Shown: one piece after another, positions 8,893 through 17,628 of the stretch
How positions within the stretch are numbered: the first letter of the stretch is position 1
Layout of the letters: every line of letters begins with the position of its first letter
Assembly: GCA_022647725.1 (NCBI GenBank)
Contig: JALCLG010000001.1
Location: 1,069,535-1,133,534 of the forward strand
Source of the DNA: Bacilli bacterium
GTDB taxonomy: Bacteria > Bacillota_I > Bacilli_A > RFN20 > CAG-288
Reading direction: 5' to 3'
DNA length: 64,000 nucleotides
Position numbers and translations under genes: made by a program
The notes under the pieces: model-generated
Told to the model about the DNA's origin: nothing
Database searches by the model: none
The model's input: the letters and a program-made list of their open reading frames with translations, nothing else

Positions 8893-10537
8893 TTAACTGA
8901 CCTTGCCATTAGAATCGTAGGTGAGTTTGCCATTGGAGCAGGTAACGACCAGATTCTTGATGCTCGTTGTGGAGGATGGAATAAGTTTTGTCCACTGAGC
9001 TTTGGTTCCGCCGTAAGTCAGAGTCGTGATCTTCGAGTTGCGGTTAGCAATAGCGGCTGTGCTGAGGGAAGTCAATGTCGACGGAAGAGAGACTGTCGTC
9101 AACGCAGAACTGAAGCTTAAGGACTGATCGTAGCGGAGTGTTTTGACGCCTTCGCTTAAGGTCAGAGAGGCAATGCTCTTATCGCCATCAAAGGCAGAGT
9201 AATCGAATTCGCTGATGGTTCCCGGAATGGTCAGTGCTGCTAAGGACGTGCAGCCAGCAAATGCATTCTGGCCAATACTGGTGATGCCTTCCGACAACGT
9301 TAAGGATGTCAGGCTGGTGCAACTGTTGAAGGCCTGGGTCGGAATGGAGGTAATGGTTGAAGGAATCGTGACGGAAGTCAAAGACGTGCACTTCAGGAAT
9401 GCCGCTTCGCCTAAGGTCGTCAGTCCTTCCGGCAAGGTGATGGATTTCAAGGACGTGCAGCTATCAAAAGCATGCTGGCCGAGCGACGTGACGGTGGTCG
9501 GAATATTAACGGATTCAAGGCTGGAGCATCCACCAAAAGCCCAAAGCTGAATTTCAGTCAGTCCTTCAGGGAGCTTGACGGTCTTCAGCTTCGTATCACC
9601 TTGGAAAACTGCTTCACTGATCTTCTTGATATTGCTGGTGACAACCAGATTATCAATGATATTGTTGTTGCCGCCATTGAAAGCACGGACTGCAATGCCA
9701 GTGACAGGGACAATACTGCCCTCATTATTCACAGCAAACTGAGAGGTCGTATAGTCTCCTTCTGCCTGTGTTCCTTTAAAACCAGAAATTTCGGCTGAGG
9801 AACTGGTGAAATTATAGGTATAAATACTTGCCGTGGAGATTGTTCCGAAAGCAAAGCCCATCGTCTTGTCCTGGGCGGCATTCTTAAGGATATCGTAATC
9901 CTCTTCCGTGGTCGGAAGCATACCGGTCTTGTAACTGACGGTCACATTGAAATCATAAGAATAGGTCGGAGTGGATCCTGTCGTTTTTGTAAAACTCAAC
10001 GGATAAGCCACATAACCGCTGGCAACGCCCGCGGATGAGGCAGCACTTTGATAATCTGACATCGCTGTGACAACGCTGGCGGTTGTCGAGCCGATATAAA
10101 CATCAAAATAATCCGATAAATCTTCCGGAAAATAGAACACACCATACGGCGCATCCGTCGTGGTGGAAGTCGCGGCAGTCCACGTAACCGTGAAACCTTT
10201 GGCAGCCACGGTCGGATAGTCATCCGATGTGGTAACCCCGGCTGTTCCTTCGACGAAATTGACGCCTTTGCCAGCCGTGGTCGGAATACTGGTTCCATCC
10301 GCCGGACGGGCAATCTGATCGATCGCCAGATAGTACTTATTCGTATCCGGAGTCGAGAAAGTGCCGGTCGTCGTATCCGTCGGCTTATTGAACTTGATTC
10401 CTGAGGTGATGACATCGGTCCGGACAGTCTTTTTGTCAGTAGCAAAATACCAGACGGCGAAACCGCCGGTAATGAGGAAAATCCCCCCCTAAAATTGCTG
10501 TCGTACCTATAATTGTCGCCTTAAGAGACTTTGTCAT
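8893..10537 (-). CDS. Paralogous BspA-type LRR surface protein, phase-variable and currently frameshifted (OFF); the ATG and signal peptide are out of frame with the body at a poly-G tract
   Basis: The body ORF 8893..10209 has LRR modules TSLxSVxIPxTxTSIxxxAFxxCTSLxSxTLxEG. Its frame stays open upstream to a TAG at about 10489 and encodes GGFAVWYFATDKKTVRTDVITSG, homologous to the N-terminus of gene 7008..8660. ATG 10537 has a GGAA RBS and encodes MTKSLKATIIGTTAILGG in the +1 frame, stopping after 35 codons. The two frames meet at the C-run at 10483..10489. Confidence 0.7.
10483..10489 (-). repeat. Homopolymeric G tract (C on the + strand, about 7 nt) inside the signal-peptide coding region of the LRR gene; candidate slipped-strand phase-variation switch
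   Basis: This is the only homopolymer between ATG 10537 and the in-frame body. Removing one G would restore a continuous 547-aa ORF. Confidence 0.6.
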
Positions 10538-10762
10538 TATTTCCTATGCCTCAGAAACTTTCAGGAAGCCCTATTATAGGCGACTGATTCCAGATGTCAA
10601 ATATATCCTCTATTTTTCACCAAGGGAAATTCATTATTTGTTCATTTTAAACAGCAAAAAACATAATATCGAATTTCTTTCTCACTGAAAAACCTCATAG
10701 GAGCACTTCTGGGATTCGTCTTTGTTTGTATTTGTCCTCGTTTCACGTTATCTTATTAGGGT

Positions 10763-11611
10763 ATGTCAAGCTTGAATGAGATCAACTGGTTCCCTGGCCA
10801 TATGGCCAAAGCCAGAAACGCTATCGAAGAGAAGCTGAAGACCTGTGATGGGGTCATTGAAATCGGCGATGCCCGAGCTCCCATCAGCTCTTTTCCGGAC
10901 TATCTGGATAAGATCACCCAAGGCAAGACCAAGGTCTATGTCTTCTCCAAAGCCGATCTGGCCGATCCCGTGGTCTTAGAACGTCAGAAAGCCCGTTTCA
11001 AAGCAAAAGGAATCGAGCCATTTGTCCTTGATCTAAGAGATAAAGCCAGCGTCCGCCCTTTGTTAGATTATCTGGCCAAGGTGAAGACAAGCAAGGATAG
11101 CCGCTATCTGCGGCTAGGCTTCCCGCTTCCGGCCAAATATTACATTGTCTTAGGTATCCCCAATGTCGGTAAGTCTACCTTCATCAACTCTCTGGCCGGC
11201 AAGAAGAAAGCCGCGGTGGAAAACCGGCCTGGGAAAACCCGGGACGAACCCCTGATCAAAGTCGCTGACAAAGTCTATATTTTCGATGCCCCCGGTATCC
11301 TGGAACCCAACTACGGCAGCAAGGAAGTCAGTGCCAAGCTCGCCCTTTTAGGATCCATCCGCATCGACATCCTGCCCATCATCCCTTTAACCGATTACCT
11401 GTTAGATCTTCTGAAGAAACATTACCCTGCTTTGCTGACTGCCAAGTACGGCATCGATCTTGCCTTAGAGGACGATGCCTATTTCATCGCTTTCGCTCAG
11501 CTGAGGAAGATGCTCGTCTCTGGCTCCAAGCCCGATACCGACCGGGCGCGGATGACATTCCTGACGGAATTCCGTTCCGGTGCCATCGGAAGGATCTCCT
11601 TGGATGAGTGA
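10763..11611 (+). CDS. rbgA: Ribosome biogenesis GTPase A (YlqF/RbgA)
   Basis: The N-terminus INWFPGHMAKARNAIEEKL is the YlqF signature. The circularly permuted GTPase motifs are present (GIPNVGKSTFIN, FDAPGIL). The protein is 282 aa. Confidence 0.9.
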   Translation: MSSLNEINWFPGHMAKARNAIEEKLKTCDGVIEIGDARAPISSFPDYLDKITQGKTKVYVFSKADLADPVVLERQKARFKAKGIEPFVLDLRDKASVRPLLDYLAKVKTSKDSRYLRLGFPLPAKYYIVLGIPNVGKSTFINSLAGKKKAAVENRPGKTRDEPLIKVADKVYIFDAPGILEPNYGSKEVSAKLALLGSIRIDILPIIPLTDYLLDLLKKHYPALLTAKYGIDLALEDDAYFIAFAQLRKMLVSGSKPDTDRARMTFLTEFRSGAIGRISLDE

Positions 11612-12263
11612 AAAGAAAACTTCCAACCATCTTTTTCTCTTTGATACCCAGAAACGAAAAGAAATTCCTTGCGTGACCATCGCCGGCTTCGATGAAGCCG
11701 GCCGAGGTCCTTTAGCGGGGCCGGTCTCCTCAGCCGGCGTGGTGCTTCCTCCGGATTTCGAGGATGACCGGATCAATGACTCCAAACAGCTGACTGACCA
11801 TGAGCGGCGGGCCCTGGTTGAGGAAATCAAGGCCAAAGCCTTGGCCTACTATGTCTGTCTCATCGATGTTGCCACCATTGACCGAATCAACATCCTGGAA
11901 GCCGACCGCCTTGGCATGGAGACCTGTCTTCTGGAGATTCAGAAAAAGCTTACCGTCGACTATATCATCACGGATTACATGTCCTTGCATACGGACATAC
12001 CTTTGCTTTCCATCCCGAAAGGCGATGCCACCAGCGAAAGCGTTGCAGCGGCCTCCATCTTAGCCAAAGTCACCCGAGACGATTATATGATTGAGCTGGA
12101 TAAGAAATATCCGCAATACGGATTCAGAAAGAACAAAGGCTACGGGACGAAGGATCATCTTGAAGCCTTGAAGAAATACGGCTATGTCAAAGGCGTGCAC
12201 CGCCTGACTTTTGAACCGATCAAGTCGATGGTCTCCGGCGAGGAGCAATTGGAACTCTTCTAG
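11604..12263 (+). CDS. rnhB: Ribonuclease HII
   Basis: GFDEAGRGPLAGPV is the RNase HII active-site motif. The rbgA-rnhB order is conserved in Firmicutes. The start MSEKK at 11604 overlaps the end of rbgA. Confidence 0.9.
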   Translation: MSEKKTSNHLFLFDTQKRKEIPCVTIAGFDEAGRGPLAGPVSSAGVVLPPDFEDDRINDSKQLTDHERRALVEEIKAKALAYYVCLIDVATIDRINILEADRLGMETCLLEIQKKLTVDYIITDYMSLHTDIPLLSIPKGDATSESVAAASILAKVTRDDYMIELDKKYPQYGFRKNKGYGTKDHLEALKKYGYVKGVHRLTFEPIKSMVSGEEQLELF

Positions 12264-12315
12264 ACGGTTGGACAAAAGCACCTGTTTCTGCCAATAGATG
12301 GTAGGAGGGTGATTT

Positions 12316-13116
12316 ATGGACACCACAGTCAGAGACGTTCTGTTGATGCTGTCAAACCGTTTTCACGGCGACTGGAACAGCATCTACCAAGCCATCAAGG
12401 AGAAGACGCCGTTTACGCCGGATGAGATCAAGGCGGCCTATGCCAAGACAACGACCAACTTCTTTACCTTGACCGACCAGGAATATCCGGAAGCTTTCAA
12501 GAATCAGTGCAATCCGCCGTTTGTCCTTTATTATTACGGCAACATCGAGCTGCTGAAGGAACCCTATCTGCTAACTTCTATTGGGACGAGAAGCCCCACC
12601 CTTTATCAGTCCGATATGGTCTACAAGCTGATCCGGGAGACTGAGAAAGAGCTCGACAACAAAGTCGTGGTCATCTCCGGCATGGCCAAAGGCCTGGATG
12701 CCATCTCCATGAAGGCCGCCATGTCCACCCATGCCCCGGTCATCAGCATCATCGGCTCCGGCATCGATAACCCCTATCCCAGCGAGAACAAGGATATCTA
12801 CGAATACTGCAAGAACGACAACGGCCTGGTTCTCTCCGAGTATCCCGGCGGGGCGGAAGCCAAGCCGGACAACTTCATTTTCCGCAACCGGATGCTGGCT
12901 GCCCTCGGCAATGTCATCTTCATCGGCGGCGGCCGCAACAAGTCCGGCACCAGTGCCAGCGTCCGGTTGGCCCTGGACTGCAACAAAGAGATTCTGGCTT
13001 TGCCTTGCAATGTCACCGGCGATGATCTGACCAATGAGCTGATTCAGGATGGCGCCCGCTCGGTTCTAAGTGCCAAAGACCTCATCGATGTCCTCAGCGG
13101 TGAGAAGCCACGCTGA
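12316..13116 (+). CDS. dprA: DNA processing protein DprA/Smf (short form, Rossmann-like domain only)
   Basis: The DprA core pattern is present: IGTRSPTLYQ...VVISGMAKGLDAISMKAA...LSEYPGGAEAKPDNFIFRNRMLAALGN...GTSASVRLALDCNKEILALP. The gene lies upstream of topA, as is typical. Confidence 0.7.
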   Translation: MDTTVRDVLLMLSNRFHGDWNSIYQAIKEKTPFTPDEIKAAYAKTTTNFFTLTDQEYPEAFKNQCNPPFVLYYYGNIELLKEPYLLTSIGTRSPTLYQSDMVYKLIRETEKELDNKVVVISGMAKGLDAISMKAAMSTHAPVISIIGSGIDNPYPSENKDIYEYCKNDNGLVLSEYPGGAEAKPDNFIFRNRMLAALGNVIFIGGGRNKSGTSASVRLALDCNKEILALPCNVTGDDLTNELIQDGARSVLSAKDLIDVLSGEKPR

Positions 13117-13160
13117 GGGTCTTAAATTATTCTTAGCTTTAGCTAAGGAAGACTTTGGGC

Positions 13161-13190
13161 TTGACAAAAGCCGACCGAGTTCTAATAATA
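13161..13190 (+). promoter_or_regulatory. Putative sigma-A promoter of topA
   Basis: The -35 element is TTGACA, followed by about 17 nt and TAATAAT. A perfect palindrome TTAGCTTTAGCTAA lies just upstream at about 13130..13143. Confidence 0.45.
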
Positions 13191-13244
13191 GGTACGCTTT
13201 TTCTTAACCCTATAGATAAGGTTAGGCATCACCGAGGTTTGTAA

Positions 13245-15377
13245 ATGAAACTGATCATTGTTGAATCGCCGCATAAGAGTCAGACAATCGGAAAGTTCTT
13301 GGGTTCAGGCTATGTTGTCTTAGCTTCCAAGGGCCATGTCCGTGATTTGGCCAACAGCGGCAAAATGGGTTTAGGCGTTGATGTCAATCAGGATTTCAAA
13401 CCGACCTATGTGATTCCTAAAGATAAACAAGCCGTTGTCGCTCAGCTCAAGGAAGCCGTCAAAAAGGCGGATGAAGTCTATCTGGCAACCGATCCTGATC
13501 GTGAGGGAGAGGCTATTTCCTGGCATCTGGCTCAGGTGCTTGATTTGCCGGTGGCGACGACGAAGCGTCTCGAATTCCATGAAATCACCAAAGCGGCCAT
13601 CACCAAGGCTTTGGCGAATCCGCGGACCATCGATATGAAGCTGGTGGAATCCCAGGAGACCCGTCGTATCATCGACCGTCTGATGGGCTTCCGTCTTTCA
13701 TATCTGCTTCAGAAGAAGCTGAAGTCCCGTTCGGCCGGCCGTGTGCAGTCCGTCGTTCTGAAGCTGATCGTCGATAAGGAAAAAGAGATTCAGGCCTTCG
13801 TTCCGGTCGAATACTGGACGATTGCCGGTGATTTCCTAACCGCCAACTCGGCTAAGATCACGGCAGATCTGACGGCCTATCAGGGCACTCCGATCAAGCT
13901 GAACAATGATGCTGAAGCCACGAAGGCGTTAGCCAGCTTCCCCAAAGAATTCACCGTCAGTTCCTTAAAGAGCGAGGTCAAATACAAGGATGCCCAGCCG
14001 GCTTTCACGACCGCCACCTTGCAGCAGGCTGCCTTCAGTCAGTTCCACTTCTCCACCTCCAAGACCGCCATGGTCGCTCAGAAGCTTTATGAAGGCGAGG
14101 AAATCGATGGAACGTCCACCGGTCTCATCACGTATATGCGTACCGATTCCATCCGTCTGGCAGATGAATTCGTCGGCGCTGCCAAATCCTTCATTGCCGA
14201 CCGCTATGGTGCCAACTATATCGGCAAAGGCCATTTCCAGAAGTCGGACAAGAACGTTCAGGATGCCCATGAGGCCATCCGTCCGACCAACATCGACTAC
14301 ACTCCGAATTTCGTCAAGCCATATCTGACCAACGATGAATTCCAGCTGTATTCCCTCATCTATGACCGCGCTCTGGCTTCCTTGATGGCCAGCCGTCAGG
14401 ATGCTATCTCCACGGTTTCTTTCACTGGCAACGGCTATACTTTCCAGGCTTCTGCGACCAAGAGTCTCTTCGATGGTTATTACCGTGTCTACGGCCAGTT
14501 CGAGGATAAGAGCGAGGAGACCAAGCTGCCGGATCTGAAAGAGGGTGACCAGGTCACCCTGACCAATCCGACCAAGGCGCAGCACTTCACCAAGGCCCCC
14601 AACCGCTATAACGAAGGCCGTATCGTCAAACTGATGCAGGAAGACGGCATCGGCCGTCCGTCCACCTATGCGACCACCATCACCAACCTCTTAGCCAGTG
14701 AATACATTCAGAATCAGAAAGGCTCGATGGTTCCGACCAAGCAAGGCATCTTAACCAGCGATCAACTGGTGGAGTTCTTCCCCAAGTATATGGATGTCGG
14801 CTATACTGCCAATATGGAGTCCAACCTCGATCTTATCGCCGAAGGCAGCTATTCCAAGTCGACGCTTCTGGAAGGCTTCTGGAGCGAGTTCACCAAGTAC
14901 TTTGAAAGCGCCCAGGAACGGATGGAGAAGGTCAAGCCGGTCGAAGTTGGCCGCACCTGCCCGAAATGCGGATCGCCTTTGGTGGTGAGACATGGCAAAT
15001 ATGGTGATTTCGTCGGCTGTTCCAACTATCCGACCTGCGATTACATTGAAAAACAGCAGCAGACGGTGATTCCGGATCGGAAATGCCCGGTCTGCGGCTC
15101 CGACTTGATTGTCCGTCACTCCAAGCGGGGTGACTTCATCGGCTGCTCCCATTATCCGAGCTGCCATTACATGGAAGACATGAACGGCAAGCCGATTGTC
15201 CGGGAGAAGAAAGCCGTTGTCATTCCTGCGGATGCTCCGTTATGCCCGAAATGCCATGTCGGCCATCTGATTGAGAAGACCAGCCGTTTTGGTCAGAAGT
15301 TCATCGGCTGTTCCAACTATCCGCACTGCCATTACATCCAGAAGAAGGAAAAAGACAAGAAGGACGAGACGAAGTAA
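13245..15377 (+). CDS. topA: DNA topoisomerase I
   Basis: The TOPRIM N-terminus is MKLIIVESPHKSQTIGKFLG. The topoisomerase IA core is present (YQGTPIKL, GLITYMRTDS), and there are three C-terminal C4 zinc ribbons (CPKCGS...C..YPTC). The protein is 710 aa. Confidence 0.95.
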   Translation: MKLIIVESPHKSQTIGKFLGSGYVVLASKGHVRDLANSGKMGLGVDVNQDFKPTYVIPKDKQAVVAQLKEAVKKADEVYLATDPDREGEAISWHLAQVLDLPVATTKRLEFHEITKAAITKALANPRTIDMKLVESQETRRIIDRLMGFRLSYLLQKKLKSRSAGRVQSVVLKLIVDKEKEIQAFVPVEYWTIAGDFLTANSAKITADLTAYQGTPIKLNNDAEATKALASFPKEFTVSSLKSEVKYKDAQPAFTTATLQQAAFSQFHFSTSKTAMVAQKLYEGEEIDGTSTGLITYMRTDSIRLADEFVGAAKSFIADRYGANYIGKGHFQKSDKNVQDAHEAIRPTNIDYTPNFVKPYLTNDEFQLYSLIYDRALASLMASRQDAISTVSFTGNGYTFQASATKSLFDGYYRVYGQFEDKSEETKLPDLKEGDQVTLTNPTKAQHFTKAPNRYNEGRIVKLMQEDGIGRPSTYATTITNLLASEYIQNQKGSMVPTKQGILTSDQLVEFFPKYMDVGYTANMESNLDLIAEGSYSKSTLLEGFWSEFTKYFESAQERMEKVKPVEVGRTCPKCGSPLVVRHGKYGDFVGCSNYPTCDYIEKQQQTVIPDRKCPVCGSDLIVRHSKRGDFIGCSHYPSCHYMEDMNGKPIVREKKAVVIPADAPLCPKCHVGHLIEKTSRFGQKFIGCSNYPHCHYIQKKEKDKKDETK

Positions 15378-15383
15378 GCGCTG

Positions 15384-15413
15384 GGCGTCAGTCAGGCTGA
15401 CGCCCTTTTCTTT
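15384..15413 (+). terminator. Rho-independent terminator after topA
   Basis: The hairpin GGGCGTCAGtcaggCTGACGCCC is followed by TTTTCTTT. Confidence 0.6.
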
Positions 15414-15425
15414 CCTGAGGAAGAT

Positions 15426-15454
15426 TTGCACTGACCTAGGTTATTACGTATAAT
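15426..15454 (+). promoter_or_regulatory. Putative promoter of the pncB-nadD-nadE operon
   Basis: The -35 element is TTGCAC, followed by 17 nt and the -10 TATAAT. It sits 24 nt upstream of the pncB ATG region. Confidence 0.45.
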
Positions 15455-15477
15455 TCTACTGACGACAGAAAGGGAAA

Positions 15478-16998
15478 ATGACCATGAGCATCAGCGTTGA
15501 GCCTTACGTACCGGATGAAGACTATGACAACCCTGCGATGGTGACCGACTTCTATGAATTTACCATGGCCAATTGTCTCTTTCTTCATGGCTACAAGGAT
15601 GTGGTCATGGTTTTCGATATGTTCTTTAGGGACAACCCGGATCAGCTGGGCTATTCCATCAGCTGCGGACAGGACCGGCTGACGAAGTTCCTGTTAGGCT
15701 ATCACTTCAACGAGAAAGATCTGCAGTGGTTACGGACCAAAGGCATGAGTGAAACCTTCCTGGATTATCTAAGGACCTACCGCTGGAAGGGCGATATGTA
15801 TGCTCTCAAAGAGGGAACGGTCTGCTATCCTCAGGTTCCGATGGTTCGTATCGAATGCGATATGGTCGGAGCCATCCTAATTGAGACCTATTTGCTGCAA
15901 ACGATGAACTTTCATTCCCTGATTGCAACGAAGGCAACCCGTATTTCCGGCTTAGCAACTCATACCCATCGCAATGTCATGGAATTCGGCACCCGGCGTG
16001 CCCAAGGCGAAAGCGCCGGCAATGACGGCGCTTATGCGGCTGTCTTAGGTGGCTGCATCGGCACGGCCAACTGCTTGGCCGAGATGAAGTTCGGCTCCGA
16101 TGTCAAAGCTGTCGGCACCGTTGCCCATTCCTTCATCGAGTTCTTCCCCACGGAGCTAGAAGCCTTCCGTGCTTATGCCGAAACTTACCCGACGAACGTC
16201 TCTCTGTTGCTGGACACCTACAATACCTTCGAGTCGGGATTAGTCAATCTTTTGAAGATCGATGATGAGATGATTGCCAAGTATCCCAATGACGAAACCC
16301 GCCGAGTCAAGGCAGCCCGAGTCGATTCCGGAGATCTTGCTCGCGAGTATAAACGACTTCGGAAAGCCTTGGATCAAGCTGGCAAGCCCTATATCAAGCT
16401 GGTGGCATCCAATGCCCTGGATGAGACGAAGATGGAAAACATGGAAATCTATGAGGATGCCCATTTCGATTCCTATGGCGTGGGCGAGAACCTGATCACC
16501 TCGGCTACCGACCCTGTCTTCGGCGGCGTCTATAAGCTGGTCGCCGTCAAGAAGGCCGATGGCAGCTATGCGCCGAAGATGAAATGTTCGGAATCCTCCG
16601 TCAAAGCCATCATCCCCGGAAAGCTGATGGCTTACCGGGTCTTTGATGAGGAAGGCAAAGGGCAGTGCGACATCATTGCCATGGATGACGAGGTGATCGA
16701 GGCCGGCAAACCGATTCGGGTCTTCAATTTCGATCCGGAGGATTTCAAGCGCGACCGGATCATCGTTCCGCTGAAGGTTGAGAAGCTTCTTTATCCTTTC
16801 ATCATCCAAGGCAAATTGGTGATGGATCTTCCGGATATCAAGACGAAGAAGGCCTACATCAAAGATCAATTGGAGCATCGGGTCTGGGAGAGCGAACTCC
16901 GACCGGAACTGCCGCATCAGCACTATATCGATCTGACGGAGAAGGTCTATACCACCCGGGAAGAGATGTATCAGTCGCTGCATGGCGGTAACCTTTGA
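15478..16998 (+). CDS. pncB: Nicotinate phosphoribosyltransferase
   Basis: FYEFTMANCLFLHGY and the NAPRTase-family core are present. The protein is 506 aa. Confidence 0.9.
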   Translation: MTMSISVEPYVPDEDYDNPAMVTDFYEFTMANCLFLHGYKDVVMVFDMFFRDNPDQLGYSISCGQDRLTKFLLGYHFNEKDLQWLRTKGMSETFLDYLRTYRWKGDMYALKEGTVCYPQVPMVRIECDMVGAILIETYLLQTMNFHSLIATKATRISGLATHTHRNVMEFGTRRAQGESAGNDGAYAAVLGGCIGTANCLAEMKFGSDVKAVGTVAHSFIEFFPTELEAFRAYAETYPTNVSLLLDTYNTFESGLVNLLKIDDEMIAKYPNDETRRVKAARVDSGDLAREYKRLRKALDQAGKPYIKLVASNALDETKMENMEIYEDAHFDSYGVGENLITSATDPVFGGVYKLVAVKKADGSYAPKMKCSESSVKAIIPGKLMAYRVFDEEGKGQCDIIAMDDEVIEAGKPIRVFNFDPEDFKRDRIIVPLKVEKLLYPFIIQGKLVMDLPDIKTKKAYIKDQLEHRVWESELRPELPHQHYIDLTEKVYTTREEMYQSLHGGNL

Positions 16999-17001
16999 TC
17001 A

Positions 17002-17628
17002 ATGAGCAAAGCTCTTTTCTTTGGCGGAGCCTTCAATCCGCCGACCATCGCCCATCTGCTGGCCAGCAATGCTGCCCGCTTAGCCTGTCAGGCCGAAAAA
17101 GTCATCTTTGTTCCCAGTCAGTCTCATTATATTCTGTCGACTCAAGGAAAGGACTTCTCCTTCTCCGATGAGGCGCGGTTAAGCATGCTACGTCTCTTAG
17201 CCAAGACCCGTCCTTGGATGGCTGTCTCTGCTTACGAGCTGGAACAGCCCAGTCAGCCTAGAACGTATCACTCTTTACAGGCGTTAAGTCAGGAAGGGTA
17301 TGAGCTGAAGCTTCTGATCGGCAGTGACTGGCTAGTCAATCTGAAGACTTCCTGGAAGTTCGTGCCGGAGATCTGCAAGACCTATGGGATCGTGGTGATG
17401 TCCAGAAACAGCCAGGATTCCCAGGCGGTCGTTGCAGCCGATCCGTATCTGAAGACGCTGGAACGATATCTCACCTTTGTCCAGGCTCCGGCCTTGACCC
17501 AGCAAGTCTCTTCCAGTGCCATCCGCAAGGCGTTAGCATCCGGGACGATGACATCCGATATTCAGGCGATGATTCCCAAAGAACTCGGGGACCTTAGAGC
17601 ATATCTTCCTAAGAGGGAGGCTTTATGA
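17002..17628 (+). CDS. nadD: Nicotinate-nucleotide adenylyltransferase
   Basis: ALFFGGAFNPPTIAHL carries the (H/T)xGH nucleotidyltransferase motif. The protein is 208 aa. Confidence 0.85.
   Translation: MSKALFFGGAFNPPTIAHLLASNAARLACQAEKVIFVPSQSHYILSTQGKDFSFSDEARLSMLRLLAKTRPWMAVSAYELEQPSQPRTYHSLQALSQEGYELKLLIGSDWLVNLKTSWKFVPEICKTYGIVVMSRNSQDSQAVVAADPYLKTLERYLTFVQAPALTQQVSSSAIRKALASGTMTSDIQAMIPKELGDLRAYLPKREAL

Noticed and set aside
9996-10445. 149-aa minus-strand ORF overlapping the 5' part of the LRR gene
   Set aside because: It is in a different frame from both the ATG and signal frame and the LRR body frame. Its Arg/Pro/Ser-rich composition indicates a shadow ORF. The homologous N-terminal LRR sequence is in the other frame.
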